Below are positions 8,169-21,115 of a stretch of 64,000 nucleotides of DNA, in pieces. The stretch lies in assembly GCA_051002235.1 (NCBI GenBank), contig JBPCMN010000085.1, positions 3,787 through 67,786 on the forward strand, in the 5' to 3' direction. The stretch comes from Acidimicrobiia bacterium. GTDB lineage: Bacteria > Actinomycetota > Acidimicrobiia > IMCC26256 > JACDBD01. Both the position numbers and the translations under genes were made by a program. Position 1 is the stretch's first letter. Each line of letters starts with the position of its first letter. Below the pieces are notes generated by a model. It searched no databases. It saw only the letters and a program-made list of their open reading frames with translations, and had not been told where the DNA came from.

Positions 8169-9488
8169 CTACCGCGACGACCTCCGCGGGGTGGTGTGAC
8201 GCCGTTCCCGCACCATGGCCGGCGCGAGACGGAGGTACGCCGCGAACGCACGGAGCCGCCGGCCGACGATCTCCGATCGAGGACGCTCGCCTCGCAGAGG
8301 CGCCAACACGATGTCGCGACGAGCGTACGACGCGGTGACGAGCAGGTACCGCACGAGCGCGCGTGCCAGTAGCGACCAGGACCCGTGTCGGGTGAGGACC
8401 GCGAGGTGGTTGCGTTCCTTGTAGTGCTGGGCCAGCACGGAGCCGTCGACGCTGGTCGCCGAGTGCACGTGGCGTACCACCGACTCCGGGACGTAGCGGT
8501 AGCGCCAGCCGCGGCGAGCGCCGCGCCAGGCGAGCTCGAGGTCTTCGGCGTAGAGGAACAGCCGCTCGTCGAGGAGGCCGGCGTCGGCGAGGTACCCCGC
8601 CCGCAGCACCACCGCGGCGCCGCACCAGGCGAAGACGTCTTCCGGGCGCTCGTACTGGCCTTCGTCGCGCTCGAGATAGCCGCGGTCGGCTCCGTAGCCA
8701 TCGGCGACCAGCTCGGTTCCCACGTTGTTGACGACGTCGACGGGTGGTCCCGCCAGGGGCGCCTCGTACCAGTCGACCCCCCGGCGCACGACGTGGTCAC
8801 GACGGACGCCGTCGGAGGTCAACCTGACCGGTGTCGGCCGGTCGGCGCCGAGCCGCAACGCGCCGGTATGGGAAGGCTGCCCGCCTCCGAGGGGCATGAG
8901 CACCTCGGCGCGGGCTGCGGTCCACTCGAAACCGGGCTCGTCGGGCAGGTCCGGTTCGGGCCCCCAGCAGCCCGACGGCACCAGCAGGGCGGCACGCCAG
9001 GCGTCTCGTCCGTCGACCCGGGCGCCGCTGAGCCGGACGCCGAGGTCGCGCCGGTCGCCCCGGCCCCGCCGGTGGGTCTCCGCCTCGAGCTCCAACGTGG
9101 CGAAGCGCCCGGCGAAGAGGATCTTGGGGCAGGCGGCCCCCAGCGCCGCGTCGCGCTCGAGCTCGGCCACCAGTGGGGCCAGCCAGTTGGGCTCCACGGT
9201 CACGTCGTTGTTCACCAGCGCGGCGTAGTCGAGACCGGCGAGGTCGCGTAGCGCCAGGTCGTTGCCTCCGGCGAAGCCCCGGTTCACCGCACTGCGCACG
9301 ATCCGTACCTGCGGCGGCAGCTCGCCGATGCGCTCGGTGACCGGCCGGCGTGAGCCGTTGTCGACCAGGACGATCTCGAGCCGGTCGCGCGGCCAGTCGG
9401 TGGCGAGCAGGCTGTCGAGGCAGTCGACGGTGAGGTCACCGCCGTCGTAGTCGAGCACCACCACCCGGACCCGGGGGGTCTCACCCAT
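8169..9488 (-). CDS. GT2 glycosyltransferase with a large internal insertion
   Basis: VRVVVLDY, LVDNGS, NRGFAGGND, LVNNDV, WCGAAVVLR, LYAEDLELAWR; ~120-130 extra residues between KILF and VVNNVG. Start re-assigned to ATG 9488. Confidence 0.88.
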   Translation of the reverse strand: MGETPRVRVVVLDYDGGDLTVDCLDSLLATDWPRDRLEIVLVDNGSRRPVTERIGELPPQVRIVRSAVNRGFAGGNDLALRDLAGLDYAALVNNDVTVEPNWLAPLVAELERDAALGAACPKILFAGRFATLELEAETHRRGRGDRRDLGVRLSGARVDGRDAWRAALLVPSGCWGPEPDLPDEPGFEWTAARAEVLMPLGGGQPSHTGALRLGADRPTPVRLTSDGVRRDHVVRRGVDWYEAPLAGPPVDVVNNVGTELVADGYGADRGYLERDEGQYERPEDVFAWCGAAVVLRAGYLADAGLLDERLFLYAEDLELAWRGARRGWRYRYVPESVVRHVHSATSVDGSVLAQHYKERNHLAVLTRHGSWSLLARALVRYLLVTASYARRDIVLAPLRGERPRSEIVGRRLRAFAAYLRLAPAMVRERRHTTPRRSSR

Positions 9489-10323
9489 GGACGAGTTTGC
9501 GCACGAGTCGTTCGAGCGGCTCGTGAAAGTGCGGCAGGAGCCCGATTCCACCCAGGCGGAGGGCGGCGTTGTCGAGCACGGAGTTCGCCGGACGGGGTGC
9601 CGGTCGAGGCGGGTCGAGGTCGACGGTGAGCGTCGGCTTCACACGATCGGGGTCGTGACCGGCGCACGACATCACCGCGCGGGCGAACTCGTACCAGGAC
9701 ACGGCGCCCTGGTTGGTCACGTGGTACCGGCCGCTCCGCCGCTCGCCGACGAGGCGGGCGACCATACCGGCGAGGTCGTCGGCGAAGGTCGGATGGCCAC
9801 GCTGGTCGCTGACGAAACCCAACTCGTCGCGCTCCCCGGCGAGGCGCAGGATCGTCTTGACCATGTTGTGGCCGTGGCGACCGCATACCCACGACGTGCG
9901 GACGACGAGCGCGTCGGGTCCGAGCTCCCACTCGCCCGCGAGCTTCGACCGGCCGTACGCCGACTGCGGGTTGGGCTCGTCCCATTCGACGTAGGGATCG
10001 ACTTTCTCGCCGTCGAAGACATAGTCGGTCGACACGTAACAGACCGCGGCCCCGACCCCGCGGGCCCCCTCGACGACGTGGCGGGTCCCGAGGGCGTTGA
10101 CGCCGAAGGCTCGGTCGGGATCGCCTTCGCAGGCGTCGACCGCCGTCCACGCGGCCGCGTGCACGACCGCGTCGGGTCGGGTCGACGTGATCGCCTGGAG
10201 CACGGAGTCGCGGTCGGTGACGTCGAGGGTGGCGTGGTCGACCCCCACCACGTCGTGCCCGGCGAACGCCCCGACCAGCTCCCGTCCGAGCTGGCCACCC
10301 GCCCCGGTGACGAGGACCTTCAC
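9481..10323 (-). CDS. rmlD: dTDP-4-dehydrorhamnose reductase
   Basis: VLVTGAGGQLG, AAWTAVDACE, STDYVFDG, YGRSKLAGE, DQRGHPT, RPANSVL; GTG overlaps the rmlB stop. Confidence 0.93.
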   Translation of the reverse strand: MKVLVTGAGGQLGRELVGAFAGHDVVGVDHATLDVTDRDSVLQAITSTRPDAVVHAAAWTAVDACEGDPDRAFGVNALGTRHVVEGARGVGAAVCYVSTDYVFDGEKVDPYVEWDEPNPQSAYGRSKLAGEWELGPDALVVRTSWVCGRHGHNMVKTILRLAGERDELGFVSDQRGHPTFADDLAGMVARLVGERRSGRYHVTNQGAVSWYEFARAVMSCAGHDPDRVKPTLTVDLDPPRPAPRPANSVLDNAALRLGGIGLLPHFHEPLERLVRKLVHG

Positions 10324-11348
10324 CGAAGCACGGGCCAGGCGGTGTCCTCGACGACCGGGGCTCGTTCGCGCAGCGGCTCCCACCAGCTGCGGCGCTCCGC
10401 GTACCAAGCGACGGTCTCGGACAAGCCCCGCTCGAAATCGATCGCGGGCTGCCATCCCAGCTCCCGACGGATCTTCGACCAGTCGAGGACGTAGCGACGG
10501 TCGTGACCGGGCCGGTCGGGGACGATCTTCTTCAGGCTGCTCGGCTTGCCCAGCTCCGCCAGCACGGCGTCGGCGATCTCCTCGATGCTGCGCTCCACTC
10601 CCGTGCCCACGTGGTAGGTCTCGCCCGACTGCCCTCGTTCGAGGACCGCCTCGATCGCGGAGCAGTGGTCGAGCGCATGGATCCACTCACGCCGGTTCTG
10701 GGTCGATTCGTAGAGGGGGAGCGGCTGGTCGTCGAGCGCGTTGGTGGTGAACAGGGGGATGATCTTCTCGGGGAACTGGTACGGCCCGTAGTTGTTGGCG
10801 CAGTTCGTGATCGTGGTGGCCAGCCCGTAGGTCTCCTGGTACGCCCGAACCGCGTGGTCGGCCCCTGCCTTCGACGCGTTGTACGGGGTCCGCGGGCGGT
10901 ACGGCGACGTCTCGGTGAACACCTCAGCGGTGTCCAACGCGAGGTCGCCGTACACCTCGCACGTCGAGATGTGGTGGAAGCGATCGACGCCTACCAGCCG
11001 GCACGCTTCCAGGAGCGCCTGGGTGCCGAGCACGTTCGTGCGGAAGAACCGCCCCGGTTCGATCACCGCCAGGCTGTTGTGCGACTCGGCGGCAAAGTTC
11101 ACCACCACGTCGACTCGGTGCTCGCGTAGGAGGCGCTCGTTGTTCTCGAAATCGGCGATGTCGCCCTGCTCGAACACGACGGGCGGCTCCAGGTCGGTGA
11201 TGTTGGGCCGATTCCCGGCGTAGGTGAGCAGGTCGAGCACCACTACCGCGTCGTGAGGGTGGCGCTCGACCCAGTACCGCGAGAAGTTCGACCCGATGAA
11301 GCCGGCGCCGCCGGTGACGAGCAGTCGCATCGAATCGAGGTTAGTCAT
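10320..11348 (-). CDS. rmlB: dTDP-glucose 4,6-dehydratase
   Basis: LVTGGAGFIGSNF, LTYAGN, NFAAESH, HISTCEVYG, YNASKAG, NNYGPYQFPEK, DRPGHDRRY. Alternative start ATG 11330. Confidence 0.93.
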   Translation of the reverse strand: MTNLDSMRLLVTGGAGFIGSNFSRYWVERHPHDAVVVLDLLTYAGNRPNITDLEPPVVFEQGDIADFENNERLLREHRVDVVVNFAAESHNSLAVIEPGRFFRTNVLGTQALLEACRLVGVDRFHHISTCEVYGDLALDTAEVFTETSPYRPRTPYNASKAGADHAVRAYQETYGLATTITNCANNYGPYQFPEKIIPLFTTNALDDQPLPLYESTQNRREWIHALDHCSAIEAVLERGQSGETYHVGTGVERSIEEIADAVLAELGKPSSLKKIVPDRPGHDRRYVLDWSKIRRELGWQPAIDFERGLSETVAWYAERRSWWEPLRERAPVVEDTAWPVLR

Positions 11349-11452
11349 CGATCTCTTCGAGGAAGAAGTTCGGGTGTGGCGAGAGCCCGGGGTACGTTCA
11401 CGCGCTTGGATCGGAACATCTGGCAACGCATCGAAGCCCACCGGCCGATCTG

Positions 11453-12184
11453 ATGGAGGTCGCGGAATACGCTCGCATCGCCGCGGTCGAGGACGACCAT
11501 TGGTGGTACAAGAACACCCGCGCGCTCGCCCGGGATCTGCTCTCCGAACATCTCACCCGCGATCAGCTCTTCCTGGACGCGGGCTGCGGGCCCGGCGGGA
11601 ACGGTGCCTGGCTCGCAGAGCATGGTGTCGTCGTCGGCGCCGACATCTCGCTCGACGCCGTACGGTTCGTGCAGGCCCGGTGGCCGGATACCCTCCCGGT
11701 GCAGGCCAGCGTCAGCGCCCTCCCCTTCGCGGGCGGGACGTTCGACGTCGTGCTCGCGATCACCGTCCTTACCTGCGTGCCCGACGACACCAGCGCCATC
11801 CGGGAGCTCGCCCGGCTGGTGCGTCCCGACGGCGTCCTGCTGTTGATCGAGCCGGCCTTCGACGGGCTGCGCCGGGCCCACGACGTGACCGTGCACAGCC
11901 TGCGCCGCTATCGGCGGCGGTCGCTCGCCGACCTCACCCGGGCCGCCGGCCTTCGCGTCGAGCGGGCTACGTACGCGTACTCGTTCCTCGCACCGGCGGC
12001 GGCGGTGCTGCACGTGGCCGAGCGCCGGAAGCTGGCGGAGCCGCCCGGTGACAAGGGGTCGGATACCGAGCGGCGCCGGCTCGACGGCGTCTTCGCGCCG
12101 CTCGGGCGAGTCGAGCGCCGGTGGCTGGCTCGCCACAATCTGCCGGTCGGAACGTCGGCCGTGGTCGTTGCGACCAAGACCTAG
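11453..12184 (+). CDS. Class I SAM-dependent methyltransferase
   Basis: EDDHWWY, LDAGCGPG, GADIS, ASVSALPF, FDVV, HSLRRY; typical of methyltransferases in glycan loci. Confidence 0.88.
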   Translation: MEVAEYARIAAVEDDHWWYKNTRALARDLLSEHLTRDQLFLDAGCGPGGNGAWLAEHGVVVGADISLDAVRFVQARWPDTLPVQASVSALPFAGGTFDVVLAITVLTCVPDDTSAIRELARLVRPDGVLLLIEPAFDGLRRAHDVTVHSLRRYRRRSLADLTRAAGLRVERATYAYSFLAPAAAVLHVAERRKLAEPPGDKGSDTERRRLDGVFAPLGRVERRWLARHNLPVGTSAVVVATKT

Positions 12185-12208
12185 GCTGGCCAGGCTCTGG
12201 ACCACACT

Positions 12209-13246
12209 CTGATCAAACCGCGCCCGATCCCCTTCCTCGACCTCGCCCGGCGCGCCGAGAGCATGCGCGACGACCTGACGGTCGCGGTCGATCGGGTACT
12301 GCATTCCGGCCGATTCCTGCTCGGGCCCGAGACCGAGGCATTCGAGTCGGAGTTCGCGGCGTTCTGCGGGCGCGAGCACGCCGTGGCCGTCGCTTCCGGT
12401 ACCGAGGCGCTCCGCCTGACTCTCGTCGCCCTGGGCATCGGTCCCGGCGACGAGGTGATCGTGCCTGCGTTCACGGCGGTGCCGACCGCGGCGGCGGTGT
12501 GCGCCTCCGGCGCGGTCCCGGTCCCGGTCGACTTCGACCCCGAGACCGCCGGTCTCGACCCCGGGGCGGCCGCGGCCGCGGTCACCGACCGCACTCGAGG
12601 GGTCGTGCCCGTGCACCTCTACGGTCGTCCCTCGCCGCTGCCCGACATCGGCGTACCCGTGATCGAAGACGCGGCCCACGCCCACGGGGCGCCCGGCCCG
12701 GGCGGGTCGGCGGCGGCTGTTTACAGCTTCTACCCCACGAAGAACCTCGGCGGCGTCGGCGACGGCGGAGCGGTGGTCACCGACGACGCCGCGCTCGCCG
12801 ACGCGGTGCGGCGACTCCGGGCGCACGGGGCGCGCGACGGGTACGAGCACGTCGAGATCGCGGGCAACTCCCGGATGTCGGAGGTGGAGTCGGCGGCGCT
12901 CCGGGTGGGACTGGGCCGGCTGACCGACCTGAATGCCCGCCGCCGCATGATCGCAGCGCGCTACCGAGCCGCCGCCCCCGGTCTCCGCTGGCAGACCCCT
13001 CACCCGGGGCACGTGTACCACCTGTGCGTGGCTCGGGTCGCCGATCGCGATTCGTTCCGCGAGTCGGTGCCGTTCGAGACCGCGGTGCACTACCCGCGCG
13101 CGCTCACCCAACAGTCGGGGTACGCGCGGTTCACGAGGTCCGCCTGCCCCGAGGCGGAGTCGTGGGCGGCGGAATGCGTGTCGCTGCCGTGCTTCCCGGA
13201 GATGACCGACGACGAGATCGAGACCGTGTGTCGAGCACTCGCTTGA
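12209..13246 (+). CDS. DegT/DnrJ/EryC1/StrS PLP-dependent nucleotide-sugar aminotransferase (non-canonical start likely)
   Basis: IPFLDL, AVASGTEAL, GDEVIVPAFT, PVHLYG, IEDAAHAHG, SFYPTKNLG (PLP lysine), NSRMSE. Conserved IPFLDL lies upstream of the first ATG (12263); CTG 12209 chosen tentatively. Confidence 0.88.
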   Translation: MIKPRPIPFLDLARRAESMRDDLTVAVDRVLHSGRFLLGPETEAFESEFAAFCGREHAVAVASGTEALRLTLVALGIGPGDEVIVPAFTAVPTAAAVCASGAVPVPVDFDPETAGLDPGAAAAAVTDRTRGVVPVHLYGRPSPLPDIGVPVIEDAAHAHGAPGPGGSAAAVYSFYPTKNLGGVGDGGAVVTDDAALADAVRRLRAHGARDGYEHVEIAGNSRMSEVESAALRVGLGRLTDLNARRRMIAARYRAAAPGLRWQTPHPGHVYHLCVARVADRDSFRESVPFETAVHYPRALTQQSGYARFTRSACPEAESWAAECVSLPCFPEMTDDEIETVCRALA

Positions 13247-13942
13247 ACCCGGCGGTCGAATCCATCTCGGCGTTCTTTCCCTGCTACAACGACGAGGCCA
13301 CGATCACCTCGATGGTGAACGCCGCGAGCAAGACGATCGAGCAGGTCGGAGCGGACGGGGAGCTGATCGTCGTCAACGACGGCTCCACCGACGGCTCCCA
13401 GGAGGCGCTCGAGGACCTTGCCGATTCGCTGCCGTCGCTTCGCATCGTCGTCCACGAGCGCAACCGCGGCTACGGGGGCGCGCTGATCTCGGGCTTCACC
13501 GCCGCGACGAAGCAATGGGTCTTCTACACCGACGGCGACGGCCAGTTCGACCCCACCGAGCTTGCGCTCCTGGTCGAGCATGCGTCCGACGATGTCGACG
13601 TCGTGCAGGGCTACAAGATCGGACGGGCCGACAACCTCACCCGGCGCATCGTCGGCCGCGTGTACCGGCGCTTCGTGACCTTCCTGTTCGGGCTGCAGAT
13701 CCGCGATGTCGACTGCGACTTCCGGTTGATCCGCCGCTCACTGCTCGACGAGGTCCGGCTGACGCACACCAGCGGCGTCATCTGCGTCGAGATGGTCCGC
13801 AAGTTCCAGGATGCCCGCGCCCGATTCGTCGAGGTCCCGGTTCACCACTACGTCCGGGAGCACGGGCAGTCACGGTTCTTCCGGCCGGCCAGCCTGGTGC
13901 GCTCGCTGTGGGATCTCGTCGGCCTCTGGGTGCAGTTCCGGG

Positions 13943-13953
<11 letters not shown>
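13243..13953 (+). CDS. GT2, polyprenyl-phosphate glycosyltransferase type (ArnC/DPM-like)
   Basis: FFPCYND, VVNDGSTD, NRGYGGAL, YTDGDGQFD, DVDCDFRL; TTG overlaps the upstream stop. Confidence 0.87.
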
Positions 13954-17410
<3,457 letters not shown>

Positions 17411-17417
17411 CGCCCTA

Positions 17418-17423
17418 ACGTTA
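17418..17423 (-). promoter_or_regulatory. -10 element (TAACGT) of metH, leaderless spacing
   Basis: CCGG-TAACGT-N7-ATG on the minus strand. Confidence 0.6.
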
Positions 17424-17461
17424 CCGGGCGTTGCGGCACCGCCGGTGAAGGAATTGGGGCC

Positions 17462-18448
17462 CTACCGGGTGCACTCGAAGTGCCAGTACGGCGGGCCGTC
17501 GGAGAAGCGGACGCGGGAGAAGCTCCGCTCGAGACTGCGGATCTCGGCGCGCGTGAAGCGTTGCTCGTTCGACGTGAAGAACCGGTCGTAGACCCGCTGA
17601 CGAATGCCCTCCATCGACCGGCCGGCGTTGTCGTCGGCCAGCGGGATGAAGCGGGAGAGGCCGAAGAACCGGGCGACGCGCCCGATCCCGATGAGCGGGA
17701 GGTAGACGCCGTAGGCGATGACGTACGAGATCGCCCGTCGGACCCGCTCGTCACGCAATCGGGCTGTCCGCTCGCGTACCGCGTCGACGATCCGCAGCAG
17801 TGCCCGGTAGTGGGCCGGTCGGTTGTCCAGTGCGTAATAGAGGTAGATGAGGAGCCGGGGAGCCAGCCGGCGCATCGAACGGATCGCATCGAGCGGGTCC
17901 GTCGGGAGGGTGTGCAGCACGCCCAGGCACATGGCGAAGTCGCAGCAGTCGTCGGCAAACGGGAGGTTGGTCACGTCGCCCATCACGAAGATCGTGCTCG
18001 GCGCGTCGCGGAAGTTGCGCCGGGCGAGGAAGATCGCCTCGGAGAAGTCCACCAGGACGAGCTCCCGGCACGAATCGGCCAGGAAGGCGCTCCACCTCCC
18101 CATGCCGCAGCCCAGGTCGCAGATCACCGCGTCGGTCAGAGATGAGCGATCGACGAGGTCGAAGTACTGCTCGAACTCCGAGCGATCGTCGGTCAGGACC
18201 CGGTCGAACTCACGCCATTCCCGGCCGAAGCTCTCCTGGATGTCGTAAGCGAACCCGTCGACGCTCCGCCGAGTGGCCGCGAGGCGTGCCGGCCGACGGT
18301 CCTCGGGCAGCGTCACGATGACGTCGTCCACGATCGGGTAGAAGGCGGGGCCCACGCGTAGTGTGCCGGGCTCCAGGTCGATATCGTCGGTGCCGAACAG
18401 GCGTGCAAGCGACGGCAGCTTGTCCGCGTAGTAGCTCTGGTTCTCCAA
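17462..18448 (-). CDS. Class I SAM methyltransferase with Trm112-like N-terminal segment
   Basis: FYPIVDDVIV, ESFGREW, DLGCGMGRW, VDFSEAI, GDVTNLPF, CLGVLH, YDRFF. Probable native start TTG 18448 (TACTCT-N9-TTG); the frame stays open to GTG 18637. Confidence 0.85.
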   Translation of the reverse strand: MENQSYYADKLPSLARLFGTDDIDLEPGTLRVGPAFYPIVDDVIVTLPEDRRPARLAATRRSVDGFAYDIQESFGREWREFDRVLTDDRSEFEQYFDLVDRSSLTDAVICDLGCGMGRWSAFLADSCRELVLVDFSEAIFLARRNFRDAPSTIFVMGDVTNLPFADDCCDFAMCLGVLHTLPTDPLDAIRSMRRLAPRLLIYLYYALDNRPAHYRALLRIVDAVRERTARLRDERVRRAISYVIAYGVYLPLIGIGRVARFFGLSRFIPLADDNAGRSMEGIRQRVYDRFFTSNEQRFTRAEIRSLERSFSRVRFSDGPPYWHFECTR

Positions 18449-18526
18449 GGCCCGGCGAGAGTAGACGAGTGGGCCGCGAACCACCGAGGCGGAGGGAGAG
18501 GCAGGGGGATGACGCTCGTCGGTGAC

Positions 18527-18637
18527 AGGCCCGCCGAAGTCGTCGACGCTCAGGTCCTTGTCCTGGACCCAGGTCCCGAACGCCCCGTCGAAGACCAGCA
18601 CCCGCTCGCGTAGCGCTTCGAGGAAATGGTCGGCCAC
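18527..18637 (-). pseudogene. metH: Relic 5' fragment of a diverged metH (37 codons) with its own -10 (TAGCCT, 18644-18649)
   Basis: FLEALRERVLVFDGAFGTWVQDKDLSVDDFGGP is 31/33 aa identical to the MetH N-terminus; 18531-18625 vs 17307-17401 match at 84/95 nt (counted by hand). Confidence 0.9.
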
Positions 18638-18746
18638 GCACAAAGGCTACCGGCCGTCGGAGCGAGGCGATTCCCGAAAACACGCGGAGGGCGTTCGGCG
18701 GACCCCTCCACTATGGTCACGGAGCCGCGGTCGTCGCGGCTCACGG

Positions 18747-20138
18747 ATGACGCTCCTCGACTCGCAGCCCTCGACCGACGCGCCGGCGCCCCACCGGCTT
18801 GGGCGGTGGTCACGCCGTTTCCCTCGGGCGATCCCGATGCTCGTGCTCGCGGGCCTGGTTCTCGTGCTCAACCCCCTCCATGTGCGCGCCTACACGAAGG
18901 TCTCGCCGTTCGACGAGTACGCCCACATCGACTCGATGATCCGCGGCTCGCGGGGCCAGATCCTGGTCCAGCCCGACGACAAGCTGCTCCAGGAGACGCT
19001 CGACGAGGTGGCCTGTCGCGAAGCTGATACCGAGGTGACTGGACTCAGGTTTCCCCGATGCCGTGAGGGGAGATACGACCCGGCCACGTTTGCTTACAGG
19101 GGCTGGAACCAGGCGAGCGCGCACACTCCCTACTACTACGTGCTCACGGGCGTCGCCGCGCGTGCCCTGCGCGCGCCATCGCCGCCCGACGACAGCATCG
19201 TGACCTGGGCCCGGCTGCTCGGCGCGGTGTGGTTGCTGGTCGGCATGTACCTGGTGCTCCGAGCGGGCGAGTACCTCGGGGTCGCTCGAGTTCCACTCGT
19301 GCTCGCCCTTGTGCTCGTAGCTGCCTCTCCGGCGCTGTTGCACGCGTCGACGACGGTCAATCCTGACGGGGCCGCGTTCATCGGCGGAGCCGCGGTGCTG
19401 CTCGCCGCCCTCGCCTGGGAGCAGGGGCGTCGATCGATGTGGCTCCTGGGGCTGAGCGCATTCTTCTGCGCGTCACTCGACACGACCAACATCATGGGCG
19501 TGATCGTGGTGGTCGCCTACTTCAGCGCACGGGCATTCGCGTCCTACCGCGGGCTCGACCGCGAGAACGTCCGGCAACCGTGGACGGCCTACGCCGGCGC
19601 CACCGCCGCGATGGGAGCCGCATCCTTCGTGGCCATCTTCGGGTGGAAGCTCGTGTACAACCTCTTCGCCCACGACGTCGACCTCAGCGGGCACCCGGCC
19701 AGGACCCTGTTCGACATCGACCACCTCGACGTGGGGTTGGTGCTCGGACGCGACACGCTCTTCGGGGTCGTTCCGCCGATCGAGGGATACATGCCGGGGA
19801 CCCTCGCAAGCGAGCCGTACCAGGTGTTCGTCGGCGCGACCGCGCTCCTGGTCGTGGGCGCGCTGGTCGCGGCGGCGATCAGCTTCAAACCGTCCGATCG
19901 ATTGACGACGCTCGGAGTCGCGACCCTGGTCGCACTGGTGGTTTCGTCTCCGGTGCTCGTCCTCTACAACTACGTCTCCGATGGCCTCTACTATCCGATC
20001 CTCACCCGGCAGGCACTGGCGACGTTGCCCGCGGCGGCGATCGTGATCGCGGGCATCGCTCAGACGCCCGTCGCTCGCGGTCTCCTGGCTGCGATCGCCG
20101 GCGGCCTGTACCTGACGGCCGTGATGGCCCTCCTGTGA
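18747..20138 (+). CDS. GT-C-like integral membrane protein (PMT/ArnT/DUF2142-like)
   Basis: SPFDEYAH after TM1, HTPYYY (HPPLYY-like), ARL, TVNPD; about 10-11 hydrophobic segments. Start re-assigned to ATG 18747. Confidence 0.65.
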   Translation: MTLLDSQPSTDAPAPHRLGRWSRRFPRAIPMLVLAGLVLVLNPLHVRAYTKVSPFDEYAHIDSMIRGSRGQILVQPDDKLLQETLDEVACREADTEVTGLRFPRCREGRYDPATFAYRGWNQASAHTPYYYVLTGVAARALRAPSPPDDSIVTWARLLGAVWLLVGMYLVLRAGEYLGVARVPLVLALVLVAASPALLHASTTVNPDGAAFIGGAAVLLAALAWEQGRRSMWLLGLSAFFCASLDTTNIMGVIVVVAYFSARAFASYRGLDRENVRQPWTAYAGATAAMGAASFVAIFGWKLVYNLFAHDVDLSGHPARTLFDIDHLDVGLVLGRDTLFGVVPPIEGYMPGTLASEPYQVFVGATALLVVGALVAAAISFKPSDRLTTLGVATLVALVVSSPVLVLYNYVSDGLYYPILTRQALATLPAAAIVIAGIAQTPVARGLLAAIAGGLYLTAVMALL

Positions 20139-21103
20139 TGCGTGTCCGTCGATCGAGGCCGATGATCCGTGACCGGTTCCGTGCTGCGACGCTCTGGCGG
20201 GTCAAGATCCTCGCCAAGGTGGTGCTCTCGCGACTGCCGGTGTCCTACACGACGTGGCGGAAGTTCGGGATCTTCCGGCTCGGATACATGGACTCGCCGG
20301 CCTACGCCATGGCGGCGTTCGACCGGAACACGAGCCGGCTCCGCCGGCCCGTCGATGCGCAAGGCGACGACTCGCTCGGTGTCTTCGACCTCGACCCCGC
20401 GTTCGGGATGGAGCGCCCCGCGCTGGACGGTGCCCGCCTACTCGAGCTCGGTCCCGGCGAGATGTTGTTCTCGGCGGTCCTGGCCCGTGCCGCAGGAGCG
20501 GCGTCGATCGTGGCGGTCGACGTGGGGGACAACACCTCCCGGTCCCTCGATCGTTACCACGAGCTCGACCGTCTGATCTCCGACCGGTGGGGAGTCGACG
20601 TCGGCGTATGTCACGCCCGATCCCTCGACGACATCCTCGAGCGCTGCCACGCCGCCTACCTCACGCAGGGTCTCGACTCCTTGCGGTCCCTCGACTCGGC
20701 CTCGATCGACGTCGCCTGGTCGCACGCCGTCCTCGAGCACGTCGCCGAACCGCAGCTGCCCGAGCTGCTGCGGGAGTTGCGGCGGGTCATGGCGCCCGAC
20801 GGCGTGGCCTCGCACCAGGTCGACCTGCGCGACCATCTCGACGAAGCCCTCAACAACCTGAGGTTCGCGCACCGGGTCTGGGAGTCGAAGCTGCTCGCCC
20901 GGTCGGGCTTCTACACCAACCGGGTGGGGTTTCGGCAAATGCTCGAGCTGTTCCGAGAGGCCGGCTTCGACGCCGAGGTGACCCGCATCGACTACTGGGA
21001 CCAGCTCCCGACGCCTCGTGAGCGACTGGCGCCGGAGTTCCGGTCACGCCCCGAGGAAGATCTGCTGGTCAACGGGTTCGACGTGGTGCTCCGGCCCATC
21101 TAG
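20138..21103 (+). CDS. Class I SAM-dependent methyltransferase
   Basis: LLELGPGE, AVDVG, SHAVLEHV, ELRRVMAPDG, HQVDLRDH; ATG overlaps the upstream stop (TGATG). Confidence 0.8.
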   Translation: MRVRRSRPMIRDRFRAATLWRVKILAKVVLSRLPVSYTTWRKFGIFRLGYMDSPAYAMAAFDRNTSRLRRPVDAQGDDSLGVFDLDPAFGMERPALDGARLLELGPGEMLFSAVLARAAGAASIVAVDVGDNTSRSLDRYHELDRLISDRWGVDVGVCHARSLDDILERCHAAYLTQGLDSLRSLDSASIDVAWSHAVLEHVAEPQLPELLRELRRVMAPDGVASHQVDLRDHLDEALNNLRFAHRVWESKLLARSGFYTNRVGFRQMLELFREAGFDAEVTRIDYWDQLPTPRERLAPEFRSRPEEDLLVNGFDVVLRPI

Positions 21104-21115
21104 CCGAGCGGCACG

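Noticed and set aside
12182-12184. Pyrrolysine recoding of the in-frame TAG
   Set aside because: No pyl genes or tRNA are in the window and the methyltransferase appears complete at the stop. Only generic read-through or a non-canonical start is kept as a hypothesis.
17411-17461. Cobalamin or SAM riboswitch upstream of metH, pduO or the mutase
   Set aside because: The -10 elements lie 7-10 nt from the start codons, leaving no leader, and no riboswitch core motif was seen.
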